Part shown: in pieces, positions 40,193 through 53,362 of the stretch
Layout: each line of letters begins with the position of its first letter
Position numbering within the stretch: position 1 is the stretch's first letter
NCBI GenBank assembly: GCA_048128005.1
Contig: JBEUKZ010000036.1
Span: 310,001 to 374,000, forward strand
Direction: 5' to 3'
Origin: Veleropilina oligotropha
Lineage: Eukaryota
Length of the DNA: 64,000 nt
Position numbers and translations under genes: made by a program
Notes under the pieces: model-generated
What the model saw: only the letters and a program-made list of their open reading frames with translations
The model's database searches: none
What the model was told of the DNA's origin: nothing

Positions 40193-40992
40193 GAAAGAAC
40201 ATGTCAAGAAGGATGAGCCATTCTGATTTATATCAATATACGTTATAAATATTACAGTTGTCCATATCTAATCTGATATTGTCTAAAGATTAAATATTAG
40301 AAATAATTTTGTTTTAACTTTACCCTTACTATCTAGGATATTTTTCATTGTATAATTCACATAATCATTGAGGTATGGGTATTAATATTCAAAGTATGTG
40401 TATAATGCATACACTATTAGATACAATCTTAGAATGTGTTTGTAAAATAAAAATGGTCAGATAAACTTTGCATTGCTAGTTATTAATTGTTTATGGCATG
40501 AACGAGCCAAAAGTGTAACATGCCAAAGCGACTCGGGGCCGAAGGAGAAACGGGACGAACAACCAGGAACCAGAGAAAACAATGTTAATAAGACTTACCT
40601 GCATCACAAACTTTCGCCCATCTTCTGGCACAGGCTGTTGCCTCCCCCAGCTGACTTCGGTAAACTGGCTCAACTATTTTTAGGTTTCTTGCGGACAAGA
40701 ATAAAATATACTTTTAAGACTTGGTCTTCAGACTGGGGGTCGCCATCTTGTTTCAGCACGGACAGCACGAAATGGCGTTTTCATTGGTTGAAAAATATGC
40801 ACGACTCCGGAACTTTGAGGACTGATTTCGACTTGATCTGCATCACTGGCGGAATCAAAACGGGGCGATTAGAGTATTTTTATCTATATTTTCATCACGA
40901 GTTCATCCAATTGCGCGTTTCCTGCCACATAATGAAACGATAGGAGCCAGTGGCTCACGGCCTCGATCTAGTGGACACCACTTGTAATCTTG

Positions 40993-42810
40993 GGTTTGCG
41001 CCAAAGAAGAAAGGGCATATTGTTTCTGAACGGCGTCTGGCGTCAACAATTTGGTTCAAGTTTTTCGTTAAGTGTATATGGGTTGTCCAAGGAACTTTTT
41101 AGTATATGTATGCCTTGTTATTGGTTATATATGGATATCATCTGATACTCTGGCCATGATATTTAATATTTAATATAATTATCACATATCTTGGTCGTTA
41201 TCCCATAGTGCAACATCGTGTATTATTCGTTGTATTACACGTGTGTCTACAGCCATATCCAAATACGATTGGATGATTTAATGAATGAAATTAGAACAGC
41301 CAATAGAAATGCGTGTCACTAGAGGTCGAGCGCACTTTTTGTTTCTACGTATTATTTACTATAATGTCATAACGTGATTGCCGCCAATATTTTTAATGTT
41401 GACATTATGGCGGTGATAGTGTAAACATTATTAACAAAGGCCATAAAACAGAAACATGGTAGAGATTATTGGAACTGATTTCGAGGTAACGAGATTGTAG
41501 ACGCAACAATCACATTTATGCAGGTACGTAGCTCCGCGATAGCAGACGTCAAATGACAGATGGCGACACATATATCCCGCGTTACTGTTTTTGCCAGATA
41601 GCTTTATTTCTTAATGAAAATTGTTATTCTAATACGTTCATATAGTTTATATAAAGTTACATCGGTTCATTTTCAAAGAATATTTGTTAGTTAACTTAAT
41701 TAATGATAAACTTTCGCACTCTTTTTAGACCGCATTAATATTGATACTAATTTATGTAATGAGTAAACACGATGCCTTTTGCATTAAACTGTTTACATAT
41801 CACTACGCCGTAATGTTGCCTTCAATCTGCCGCTGATTCTTCGACCGGTAAGGCAATTTCGTGAGTTTGTAGTTTGTTTCCTACCAAAGAGCAATATGTG
41901 ATAAATAGAACCTCACACTCGTGGTAATGTAATATCACATTTATGAAACTCGTTTAACTAATTTTCATATTTTCCTCAGCAAGCCTCGGAAAATATGAAA
42001 ATTAGTTAAACTCGTTTAATAAATGTGATATTACATTACTACCCAATGTCATATGAGATCCTCTATTTAATGATAATATGATGGTCTTTATGGACATAGA
42101 AATTTGGGTGAATTTGCATTTTATTGTGTCCGCTCTACAGTTAAAAGTTCTAATCCGATTTGAGTCAAATTCAGTATGCACGTTAGTTTTGATGAGGACA
42201 TGCCGCCCAACGATTTTCGTTGTTTCGGATAGAAGATGGCTGCCACTTTTGTTTTGAAGAAATTTCTTGTGGGCTCTACAGTGAAGAGTTCTATTCCGAT
42301 TTCAAATCGGTATGCATGTTCGTTATGATGAGGACATGCCGCCTAACGATGTTCGGATTCAAGATGGCTGCCATGGTGGCCATTTTGTTTTAAAGATATT
42401 TCTTGTGTCCGCTCTACAGTGAAGAGTTCTATTCCAATTCAGTATGCACGTTCGTTATGATGAGGACACCTAACAATTTTTGTCGTTTTTGGATTCAAGA
42501 TGGCCACCGTGGTGACCATTTTGTTTTGAAGTCCAATTTCATTCAAATTCGGTATGAACGTTAGTTACGAGGAGGACACGCCGCCTAACGATTTTCGTCC
42601 TTTTTAGATTCAAGATGGCCACTGTGGTGGCCATTTTGTTTTGAAGAGATTTCCTTTTTGTGCTCTACAGGGAATAGTTCTTATCCAATTTCATTCAAAT
42701 TAGATATACACTTTTGGTATGATGAGGACACTACGCCTATCGATTTTCACCATTTTCGGATTAAAGATGGCTACCCTGTCAGCAATTTTGTTTGAATAGA
42801 TTTCTTGTTT
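40993..42810 (+). mobile_element. HINE-like element with ~115-bp satellite (same family as 13972-15650); counterpart at ~61233-62300
   Basis: Head GCGCC..AAGGGCATATTGTTTCTG and the same internal units. Confidence 0.7.
41179..42069. mobile_element. Crypton-like non-autonomous element with ~165-bp terminal hairpin, only in copy 1
   Basis: TTA at both ends; internal ATATGTGATAA|ATAGAACCTC is complementary to both termini; long IR at 41902-42069; absent from copy 2. Confidence 0.65.
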
Positions 42811-43058
42811 TTATTACTACATGGGTATGTTGCGGAATCTCAGTTGGTAAATCTGTGCTTAGATATAGTCCTGAAAATTAATATACAGAAAAGGCATATA
42901 TATATATGTAACATGGATATATTTTCATGTTTTGTAAGTTTTATATATTTATTTTCATTCTATTAAAATAAACCAATCAACTGCGTTTTGTGTTAATGGA
43001 ATTTACTTTTAGATGTTACATAACGTTCGACAGTTTTCATGTATTTCCGTTTTGTCAG

Positions 43059-43175
43059 AATACTCGCGAGAAATTAGTGTCCGTGACGTAGCGCGGTTAA
43101 ATGCGATTCTTCGTGCAGTTCCATCTCGGTCGCTGTTCGGAGAGGTTTTCTTAAAAACATTTAGCCCTGCTGCGA
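43059..43175 (+). other. Candidate 117-bp coding exon (counterpart at ~62858-62974 with mutated acceptor)
   Basis: Acceptor TTTCCGTTTTGTCAG, donor GA|GTAAGT, symmetric phase 1, open frame YSREISVRDVARLNAILRAVPSRSLFGEVFLKTFSPAA; nearly identical between the two copies. Confidence 0.3.
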
Positions 43176-43499
43176 GTAAGTTTTACCTAAATTATATCCC
43201 TGATTGCTATATTTATATGTTCGTATTATTATATGAAGATTTGGTAATATGCTCTTTCGTATTTTCATTTATTTAAATGTTTGCTTTGTGTATTTGACAG
43301 AGCAGGGTGTTGGTGTTTGTCTTCTCTGAGAATAAAGATGGTCGTCGTACCTTGGTGTTCTCTGAAGTGTGTGTAACCCCCGATCGTGCGAAACCCCAAC
43401 CAACACAATCACAGTGTTACATATATTCTCTGGATACCATCGATAAACAGTTTCAATCGGTTTGATCCAAAGTATCGTATCCAAATACTTAATCTTCAT

Positions 43500-45519
43500 A
43501 TGTAGTTACAAACATACTTACGTCCTTACTCTTGCCATAATAGTCATATTATCGCCAACCGGAAACAGTGAATAAAGTCACATTTAGGCACTCCTTTTAA
43601 GTCAAAAGACTACGATTACCTCCCCTGCTCCACCTCTCCTAAGTTCCCCCAGCGAGATCTCGCCAAGTCTCGCGAGACTTCCGAGCCATCGAAGTCACAA
43701 GACCTCAATTCAAAGTTTTCCACCGTGACGGAAAGACGTGTTTTTGCTCCGCAAATATTTCGAATTGTCTGCGATTTTTATGTTAAATCGAGGACGCTAA
43801 TTAAGAAACTTATATCGTAATATAAGTTGTGGAATATACCCTGTGTTGTGGATATATAAACACAAGTGAATAGTGTAGATTGTGATTCTAAACTTCGAGA
43901 AGTTCTCGACATCAAGTGAAACCGACATCGCCGCTGTTGCAGGGAAAAGCATGGCCGCTTAGAGGGGAAGTTTCGTGTAGTAGAAGAAATTTCTGGTCGG
44001 TATTTTTATCTGATATTGTTTGAGACTGCAAACAGGTAACTCATTATATTGGATAATTCCTTAACGACGCTTATTGCTGGTAATTTTGTATAAAAATTAT
44101 AGCGTCGTTAATAGGCAGGATTGTTTAGATATCACTTTTAGTTATTCTGATATCCTGCCGTTGCTGGGATAATACGCCATTGTACTAACTTAAAAACATC
44201 CACGAGGTTTTCAGGTGTTTTCCTGGGCGGTTTTTTCTAAGAAAGAACCCCCGTTTGTTCTAGTCAATTTGCCGGGTTTATTACCCGGCCTCGGTGTTCC
44301 CAGTTCGGGGTTATTTTGCGGTATATCGCTTGATCTTTGATCTTCAGATCAGGGCAATTTAAGAGTTGTAGTAGTAAAAGTCACAACTACCAAATATATA
44401 CCTATTTATCTACCCCGTCCACCCACAACCACCCTCCCGTGTATCAGCTATGGTCCGGTGCAGTAACTCCGGGTGTCACCAGAAGATTCACGGGTTTGAT
44501 AAGCACACGGAATGCCGCGTTCACCGTAATTGTAGTCGTAAGTACCAATGTGAACTGTGCTTAGGTTTTTCAGAGAAGCAGTGGGCGATTCTTTTCCCTC
44601 CAGTGAAGCCGACCAGGGCGGCTGCCACGGTGGGTCCTCCCCCGGAGAAGGGTCAGGAAGAGACTAGTAAGTTAAGGGATAACGTTTCTTCTTTGTCTGC
44701 TTCAGGGACGCTGGACGACAGCCGACGTAAGGTACCGTCTGTCGCCGGATCTACCGGCGAAACCTCCGCGACTCATGGGGGAGTCGCCGAAACCTTGCCG
44801 GGTTCCCAGGTTCAGGTAACAGCCCGCGTGCAGACCGTTCCTCCTCAACCGGGCCTAGTAGCTGCAGCCAACCATACCTTGCCGGCTAGCAAGGTATATC
44901 TGGCAGCGCAGCGAACAGCTGAGCAGGGCAGACGATCCCCCTCCTATTCTTCGGCCTCGAAGAATCCGGGATTCGTTAGTCCTTCTGCGGGAAACTCTCC
45001 GTTTAACGACGGAGTGCAACCCAATGAGAAAGCCAATATAGAGGCCGGACACCATTACGATGGTCTAAGATCCGGACAATTGGCGACACCTGAAACCTCG
45101 GTCGAGACCGACGCGACTACCCCGAGGGGTTTTCCGCTCAACCTCGATGCTCACGAGTGTTTCAGAGGGCCTGTTCTCTCCCGTGCACCCACGATGGTCA
45201 CGCTAGAGAACGTGGACAGACCGGCTGCGTTCGGTGAGGGGTTCTACGGCGGTTTTCCGACCGTGCCTCTCGCGAACAGAGCGGTAGACCGATACGGACT
45301 GTTGCCGCAGTCCTACCGGTCGTCCGGCCCACCGAACGCGCCTTCGGGCCGTTCTTTCGGGTTCGACCGCTCGACAAGTGCCCCGAGACCCTGGTTCTCG
45401 GCTCCACCTGTCCATGCAGCCCGTCTACCTAGCGCCACGGTTTCCTCGACTGAACTACCGGCTGTTAGTTCGACGCCCGTCCTGCCTCAGGGTTTCTCTT
45501 TGGAGAACGTCCAGGCATG
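43500..45519 (+). mobile_element. 5' fragment of a DIRS1-like retrotransposon, truncated at the duplication junction
   Basis: GC- and CpG-rich segment absent from the equivalent site in copy 2 (63288). A ~950-bp leader precedes a gag-like ORF with an N-terminal Cys/His finger. Confidence 0.7.
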
Positions 45520-45532
45520 GTTATTGATTTGA
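44450..45532 (+). pseudogene. gag: Truncated DIRS-type Gag-like ORF (360 aa)
   Basis: C-x4-C..DKHTEC..H..CS..CELC..W N-terminal finger typical of DIRS1-like Gag, then a Pro/Ser/Ala-rich region. The stop is supplied by duplicated flanking DNA after 45519. Confidence 0.68.
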
Positions 45533-48500
45533 TCATACAGCTGTCGTGTTATTTTTAATTCGTTTAAATATGTTGCGTGTGCTGTCCTCTCCTTTAATAT
45601 TTATCCATGTGGCTCATACGAACTTAGTTAATAGAACATATTGAAGTCATGTGAAGTTACTTGGTAACTGCTCTGTCCATGTTGTTATTGGCAACAGCTT
45701 CCTGACAGTGTTTTGTTAACGTGTTTAAATATATATTTATTTGTTATGATTTTATATGTTACTGGTAATACGTTGGATATTCCGTATGCTTGTTCCATCA
45801 AGAGTCTTGCAATGTTTCAACATCTGGTCATTCCAAATGCATTTAACAGTATTTTCTCAAAATGTTCCATTCATACATGCAACCATAACGATCCATTTCA
45901 TACATGCAACCATAAAGATCCATTCATACATGCAACCATAAAGATCCATTCATACATGCAACCATAAAGATCCATTCATACATGCAACCATAAAGATCCA
46001 TTCTTACATGCAACCATAAAGATCCATTTCATACATGCAACCATAAAGATCCATTCATACATGCAACCATAAAGATCCATTTCATACATGCAACCATAAA
46101 GATCCATTCATACATGCAACCATAAAGATCCATTCATACATGCAACCATAAAGATCCATTCATTCATACATGCAACCATAACGGTACGATAACCATTTCA
46201 GTATTTATTTTAGTTAAAATGTACCACGGGTGTTTATTAATCAAATAACAGGCTTTAAATTTCAAAATGTTAATGAATTACATTCCAGTCTGGGCAAAAG
46301 ATAAATATGAAGGCAAAATAATCATTATCTCGTATCATTAGGCCATTTCAGGGTGAGATTCTGATGCGTAAAGAAGTGGACACGCAGTAGCAAAAACGAA
46401 AACTATCAACTGAATTAAAATTATAAAGAACAAAAATGGCCAGTGACGTGTTCGCAGACACCAGTTTGCAAACAATTTTTCCATTGTCAACCAGACATAC
46501 GAGTTATATTATTTTAATTTGATTTGCAATGTTTCAACGTCTTGTCATTCCAAATGCATTGACATAACGGAAAACCTTTTTTTTTTCATAAACTTTTCTG
46601 AATAGCAGATCTCTTTGACACATCCAAATATTTCAGTATTTCATTTAAAATGTCCCAGTGATTTGCAATTTTTCAGACAGCAAGGTTTAAATTTAACAAT
46701 CATTCTATATTCATGGATGATTCTGGCATTCTTTTAGGGCCGCCGAGCGGCCCCACTTTTTCCTGGCGGCTCCATTGTTGTACATAATTTTTTCCCAATT
46801 TACAATCACTTCAGATCAATTTATAACAATTATCGTTTTCGCCATATTGGAAATTAGTATATTTTTATGCAATATGTGGTACCCCTGCTGGATTAAACAT
46901 CGATTGCAACCGTTTTATAAAGTACGACGTTACTACGGTTAGTAACATCGTTTGCGAAACAAAAATAAATGATACTTTATCTGTACAGGACTTCGTGGCG
47001 ATGTCAGCGCCATGTTCAAAAACAAAATTTTATGCTTTCCATCAACGGTCAACGCTTCTGGCGCATGCAAAATCGGTCGCAGACGATTTAGTTTTCAATT
47101 TTTCAATATAATGATTATTTGGATATTGATATATTACTTAATTACTTTGTTTCCAATGTTTAGGTGCCCCGCATTATTTCTTAATGAAAAAGTGACATTT
47201 ACAAAGTGAAAGTTGTCGGAAATTCTAGACACCACGTGTGGTTTTTTAATTCGTTTTGCTTTAAAGGAAAATTTCAATAGTAGGTAAGATTTGATGCCTT
47301 ATGAGTCGACGTATCGTATTATTAGTTAATGATTATTTGCGGTAAATAATTTAATTGTAAGTTATATTTCAGTAAATTTTTAATTAAAAATGTTTTAGTG
47401 AAAAAGAGTAATTTTCGATAAAATCATTATCTGGTTACATGTCCGATAAGTTAGATACACCGGGTTGACGTACATTTATGAAAATACTTCACAAAGTAAC
47501 AATTTAGCATAGAATATTCTCTAAAGAACAATACGTCATGAAATTCCCAATTTGATGTTACGTATAAAAATTCCCAATCACAGGGCTGGCAGCCCCAATT
47601 ATTTTTCTGTGGAATCATCCCTGATATTACATTTCAGAATATATATATAGTATAATTCTGAGGACCAGTATTAAAATTGTTTTTGTTGTTGATTATTTTT
47701 CTTTTCTATTTATTATTTATTCTTACAGATCTAATTATTTTTGAAGACATTTTTGAATATATCAGCATCATTGACGAATAATTAATTCCTTGTTATAATT
47801 AATGCCACTCCTACCTCTTACAGATCTGAACCTATCTCATTCCTGAGATTATGATATTGCACACGACCAGCAGAGCGCCGTTCTGGAATCTCTGGTTAAG
47901 AAATATATTATTATTATAATAATTTATTGATGTTGAATCACTGCTGGTCCCCACTTGCCATATATTTTGACAGTGTGTAATAAAATTAATGTTTTTGTAC
48001 AGATTCTTGCAAATAACTGGATTATTTGTATGGTGAATAACAATTTTATCCATTTTTATTATTAATTGAATGATACTTTTGTACAAATTAAGTAACCCCA
48101 TGCAGCAACATTTTTATCAGGTTTCGTTTTTTTACTCTACTTAAATTTTGTCAAGGGAGCAAGTTATTTACTTGGCGGATACGATTCTGAACTATGGGCT
48201 TAAACATTCACATCAGTCATGTAAGTTAATGCTATTTACCATTAATCTTCACTTATGTTAATGCAATTTACCATTAATCTTCACTTAAGTATTTAATGCT
48301 ATTTACCATTAATTTTGTCAGAATATTATCATATGATCTGTTTCAATTCAAAGAACAATACTATTTAACTTTTATACGATCGATATGATATTTTAATTCT
48401 ATGTATATGACTATTTATTTTTGTGTTTTAACAAAATTTTAATGTAATTATTGCATCACATGACCAAATTTTAGATGTTCATGATTGGTTGCGACATATT

Positions 48501-48899
48501 TCATATATTAATGTCAGCTGAATCTGATATTCTGCACTGTTGACATTGCTACATAGAATTTCATGTCAGATCTGATCTTCATTACTTGAAATTTGTCTTT
48601 CTACGTAGAGAACTATAATTCCTTTTGCCCATTTATATCAGTCAGAGTTCATTACGTCATGAGTATTCTTAAATGTTATTTATAACCGGTATCCTTAAGC
48701 AGCGCTGCGAAATGCGGCCCCGTGTTATCCACCGCCATAATATGTTATATGGCAACTTTTGTTTGAACTGGTTCATTGAGCGATTCATCATTCTATACAC
48801 TATTTAATGCGACGGTTAAAGTGACAGTCATATTGTTGTTTTTGGCTTGCGGTGAGAATTGTACAGACAGAGGTTGTGTAAGGAGTAGCAACCTTGAAC

Positions 48900-51800
48900 A
48901 TTGTTGAAGTATCTCCATCTCAACAGCTCCCATCCTCCTCATCTCTCACACATTGCACCAAGCTCCACACTGACCACTGCTCAATGTCCAAGACAATGAT
49001 GGGTCATTGATGAAGTATCTCCATCTCAACAGCTCCCATCCTCCTCATCTCTCACACATTCCACCAAGCTCCACACTGACCACTGCTCAATGTCCAAGAC
49101 AATGATGGGTCATTGATGAAGTATCTCCATCTCAACAGCTCCCATCCTCCTCATCTCTCACACATTCCACCAAGCTCCACACTGACCACTGCTCAATGTC
49201 CAAGACAATGATGGGTCATTGATGAAGTATCTCCATCTCCACAGCTCCCATCCTCCGCATCTCTCACACATTCCACCAAGCTCCACACTGTCCACTGCTC
49301 AATGTCCAAGACAATGATGGGTCATTGATGAAGTATCTCCACAGCTCCCATCCTCCACACATTCCACCAAGCTCCACACTGTCCACTGCTCAATGTCCAA
49401 GACAATGATGGGTCATTGATGAAGTATCTCCATCTCAACAGCTCCCATCCTCCTCATCTCTCACACATTCCACCAAGCTCCACACTGACCACTGCTCAAT
49501 GTCCAAAACAATGATGGGTCATTGATGAAGTATCTCCATCTCCACAGCTCCCATCCTCCGCATCTCTCACACATTCCACCAAGCTCCACACTGACCACTG
49601 CTCAATGTCCAAGACAATGATGAGTCATTGATGAAGTATCTCCATAGCTCCCATCCCTCACACATTCCACCAAGCTCCACACTGACCACTGCTCAATGTC
49701 CAAGACAATGATGAGTCATTGATGAAGTATCTCCATAGCTCCCATCCCTCACACATTCCACCAAGCTCCACACTGTCCACTGCTCAATGTCCAAGACAAT
49801 GACGAGTCATTGATGAAGTATCTCCATAGCTCCCATCCCTCACACATTCCACCAAGCTCCACACTGACCACTGCTCAATGTCCAAGACAATGATGAGTCA
49901 TTGATGAAGTATCTCCATCTCCACAGCTCCCATCCTCCACACATTCCACCAAGCTCCACACTGTCCACTGCTCAATGTCCAAGACAATGATGGGTCATTG
50001 ATGAAGTATCTCCATCTCCACAGCTCCCATCCTCCACACATTCCACCAAGCTCCACACTGTCCACTGCTCAATGTCCAAGACAATGATGAGTCATTGATA
50101 AAGTATCTCCACAGCTCCCATCCTCCGCATCTCTCACACATCCCACCAAGCTCCACACTGTCCACTGCTCAATGTCCAAGACAATGATGAGTCATTGATG
50201 AAGTATCTCCATCTCCACAGCTCCCATCCTCCACATTCCACCAAGCTCCACACTGTCCACTGCTCAATGTCCAAGACAATGATGGGTCATTGATAAAGTA
50301 TCTCCACAGCTCCCATCCTCCACATCTCTCACACATTCCACCAAGCTCCACACTGACCACTGCTCAATGTCCAAGACAATGATGGGTCATTGATGAAGTA
50401 TCTCCATCTCCACAGCTCCCATCCTCCCCATCTCTCACACATCCCACCAAGCTCCACACTGACCACTGCTCAATGTCCAAGACAATGATGGGTCATTGAT
50501 GAAGTATCTCCATCTCCACAGCTCCCATCCTCCACATCTCTCACACATTCCACCAAGCTCCACACTGACCACTGCTCAATGTCCAAGACAATGATGGGTC
50601 ATTGATGAAGTATCTCCATCTCCACAGCTCCCATCCTCCACATCTCTCACACATTCCACCAAGCTCCACACTGACCACTGCTCAATGTCCAAGACAATGA
50701 TGGGTCATTGATGAAGTATCTCCATCTCCACAGCTCCCATCCTCCACATCTCTCACACATTCCACCAAGCTCCACACGGTCCACTGCTCAATGTCCAAGA
50801 CAATGATGGGTCATTGATGAAGTATCTCCATCTCCACAGCTCCCATCCTCCGCATCTCTCACACATCCCACCAAGCTCCACACTGACCACTGCTCAATGT
50901 CCAAGACAATGATGGGTCATTGATGAAGTATCTCCATCTCCACAGCTCCCATCCTCCGCATCTCTCACACATTCCACCAAGCTCCACACTGACCACTGCT
51001 CAATGTCCAAGACAATGATGGGTCATTGATGAAGTATCTCCATCTCCACAGCTCCCATCCTCCACATCTCTCACACATTCCACCAAGCTCCACACGGTCC
51101 ACTGCTCAATGTCCAAGACAATGATGGGTCATTGATGAAGTATCTCCATCTCCACAGCTCCCATCCTCCGCATCTCTCACACATCCCACCAAGCTCCACA
51201 CTGACCACTGCTCAATGTCCAAGACAATGATGGGTCATTGATGAAGTATCTCCATCTCCACAGCTCCCATCCTCCGCATCTCTCACACATTCCACCAAGC
51301 TCCACACTGACCACTGCTCAATGTCCAAGACAATGATGAGTCATTGATGAAGTATCTCCATAGCTCCCATCCCTCACACATTCCACCAAGCTCCACACTG
51401 ACCACTGCTCAATGTCCAAGACAATGATGAGTCATTGATGAAGTATCTCCATAGCTCCCATCCCTCACACATTCCACCAAGCTCCACACTGTCCACTGCT
51501 CAATGTCCAAGACAATGACGAGTCATTGATGAAGTATCTCCATAGCTCCCATCCCTCACACATTCCACCAAGCTCCACACTGACCACTGCTCAATGTCCA
51601 AGACAATGATGAGTCATTGATGAAGTATCTCCATCTCCACAGCTCCCATCCTCCACACATTCCACCAAGCTCCACACTGTCCACTGCTCAATGTCCAAGA
51701 CAATGATGGGTCATTGATGAAGTATCTCCATCTCCACAGCTCCCATCCTCCACACATTCCACCAAGCTCCACACTGTCCACTGCTCAATGTCCAAGACAA

Positions 51801-53362
51801 TGATGAGTCATTGATAAAGTATCTCCACAGCTCCCATCCTCCGCATCTCTCACACATCCCACCAAGCTCCACACTGTCCACTGCTCAATGTCCAAGACAA
51901 TGATGAGTCATTGATGAAGTATCTCCATCTCCACAGCTCCCATCCTCCACATTCCACCAAGCTCCACACTGTCCACTGCTCAATGTCCAAGACAATGATG
52001 GGTCATTGATAAAGTATCTCCACAGCTCCCATCCTCCACATCTCTCACACATTCCACCAAGCTCCACACTGACCACTGCTCAATGTCCAAGACAATGATG
52101 GGTCATTGATGAAGTATCTCCATCTCCACAGCTCCCATCCTCCCCATCTCTCACACATCCCACCAAGCTCCACACTGACCACTGCTCAATGTCCAAGACA
52201 ATGATGGGTCATTGATGAAGTATCTCCATCTCCACAGCTCCCATCCTCCACATCTCTCACACATTCCACCAAGCTCCACACTGACCACTGCTCAATGTCC
52301 AAGACAATGATGGGTCATTGATGAAGTATCTCCATCTCCACAGCTCCCATCCTCCACATCTCTCACACATTCCACCAAGCTCCACACTGACCACTGCTCA
52401 ATGTCCAAGACAATGATGGGTCATTGATGAAGTATCTCCATCTCCACAGCTCCCATCCTCCACATCTCTCACACATTCCACCAAGCTCCACACGGTCCAC
52501 TGCTCAATGTCCAAGACAATGATGGGTCATTGATGAAGTATCTCCATCTCCACAGCTCCCATCCTCCGCATCTCTCACACATCCCACCAAGCTCCACACT
52601 GACCACTGCTCAATGTCCAAGACAATGATGGGTCATTGATGAAGTATCTCCATCTCCACAGCTCCCATCCTCCGCATCTCTCACACATTCCACCAAGCTC
52701 CACACTGACCACTGCTCAATGTCCAAGACAATGATGGGTCATTGATGAAGTATCTCCATCTCCACAGCTCCCATCCTCCGCATCTCTCACACATTCCACC
52801 AAGCTCCACACTGACCACTGCTCAATGTCCAAGACAATGATGGGTCATTGATGAAGTATCTCCATCTCCACAGCTCCCATCCTCCACATCCCACCAAGCT
52901 CCACACTGACCACTGCTCAATGTCCAAGACAATGATGGGTCATTGATGAAGTATCTCCATCTCCACAGCTCCCATCCTCCGCATCTCTCACACATTCCAC
53001 CAAGCTCCACACTGACCACTGCTCAATGTCCAAGACAATGATGGGTCATTGATGAAGTATCTCCATCTCCACAGCTCCCATCCTCCCCATCTCTCACACA
53101 TCCCACCAAGCTCCACACTGACCACTGCTCAATGTCCAAGACAATGATGGGTCATTGATGAAGTATCTCCATCTCCACAGCTCCCATCCTCCGCATCTCT
53201 CACACATCCCACCAAGCTCCACACTGACCACTGCTCAATGTCCAAGACAATGATGGGTCATTGATGAAGTATCTCCATCTCCACAGCTCCCATCCTCCGC
53301 ATCTCTCACACATCCCACCAAGCTCCACACTGACCACTGCTCAATGTCCAAGACATTGATGA
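48900..53362. repeat. Expanded RTE-derived satellite array (~44 units)
   Basis: Same units as 29305-31418, including a 1716-bp block duplication. Confidence 0.92.

Larger units (their letters stand above)
34088..40964 (-). mobile_element. Internally deleted Academ-like DNA transposon, copy 1
   Basis: Short TIRs TAGGC(T/C)GTGTGCC and GGCTCACGGCCTC; 3-bp TAT TSD intact in copy 2. Remnants ETKYHRSCY, AFEYFCQQVI, TPKALSLGLTVRHLT..LGHCAS..IETAL and C-terminal CSC..LSCSEICAC..C. Confidence 0.65.
26466..43499 (+). repeat. Segmental duplication, copy 1 (~17 kb)
   Basis: Colinear with 45520-63288 from GTTATTGATTTGATCATACAG to AATCTTCAT; paired near-identical ORFs in the ORF track. Confidence 0.95.

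Noticed and set aside
43299..43466. Second candidate exon downstream of 43175
   Set aside because: The open frame is not in phase with the upstream candidate, and copy 2 has indels.
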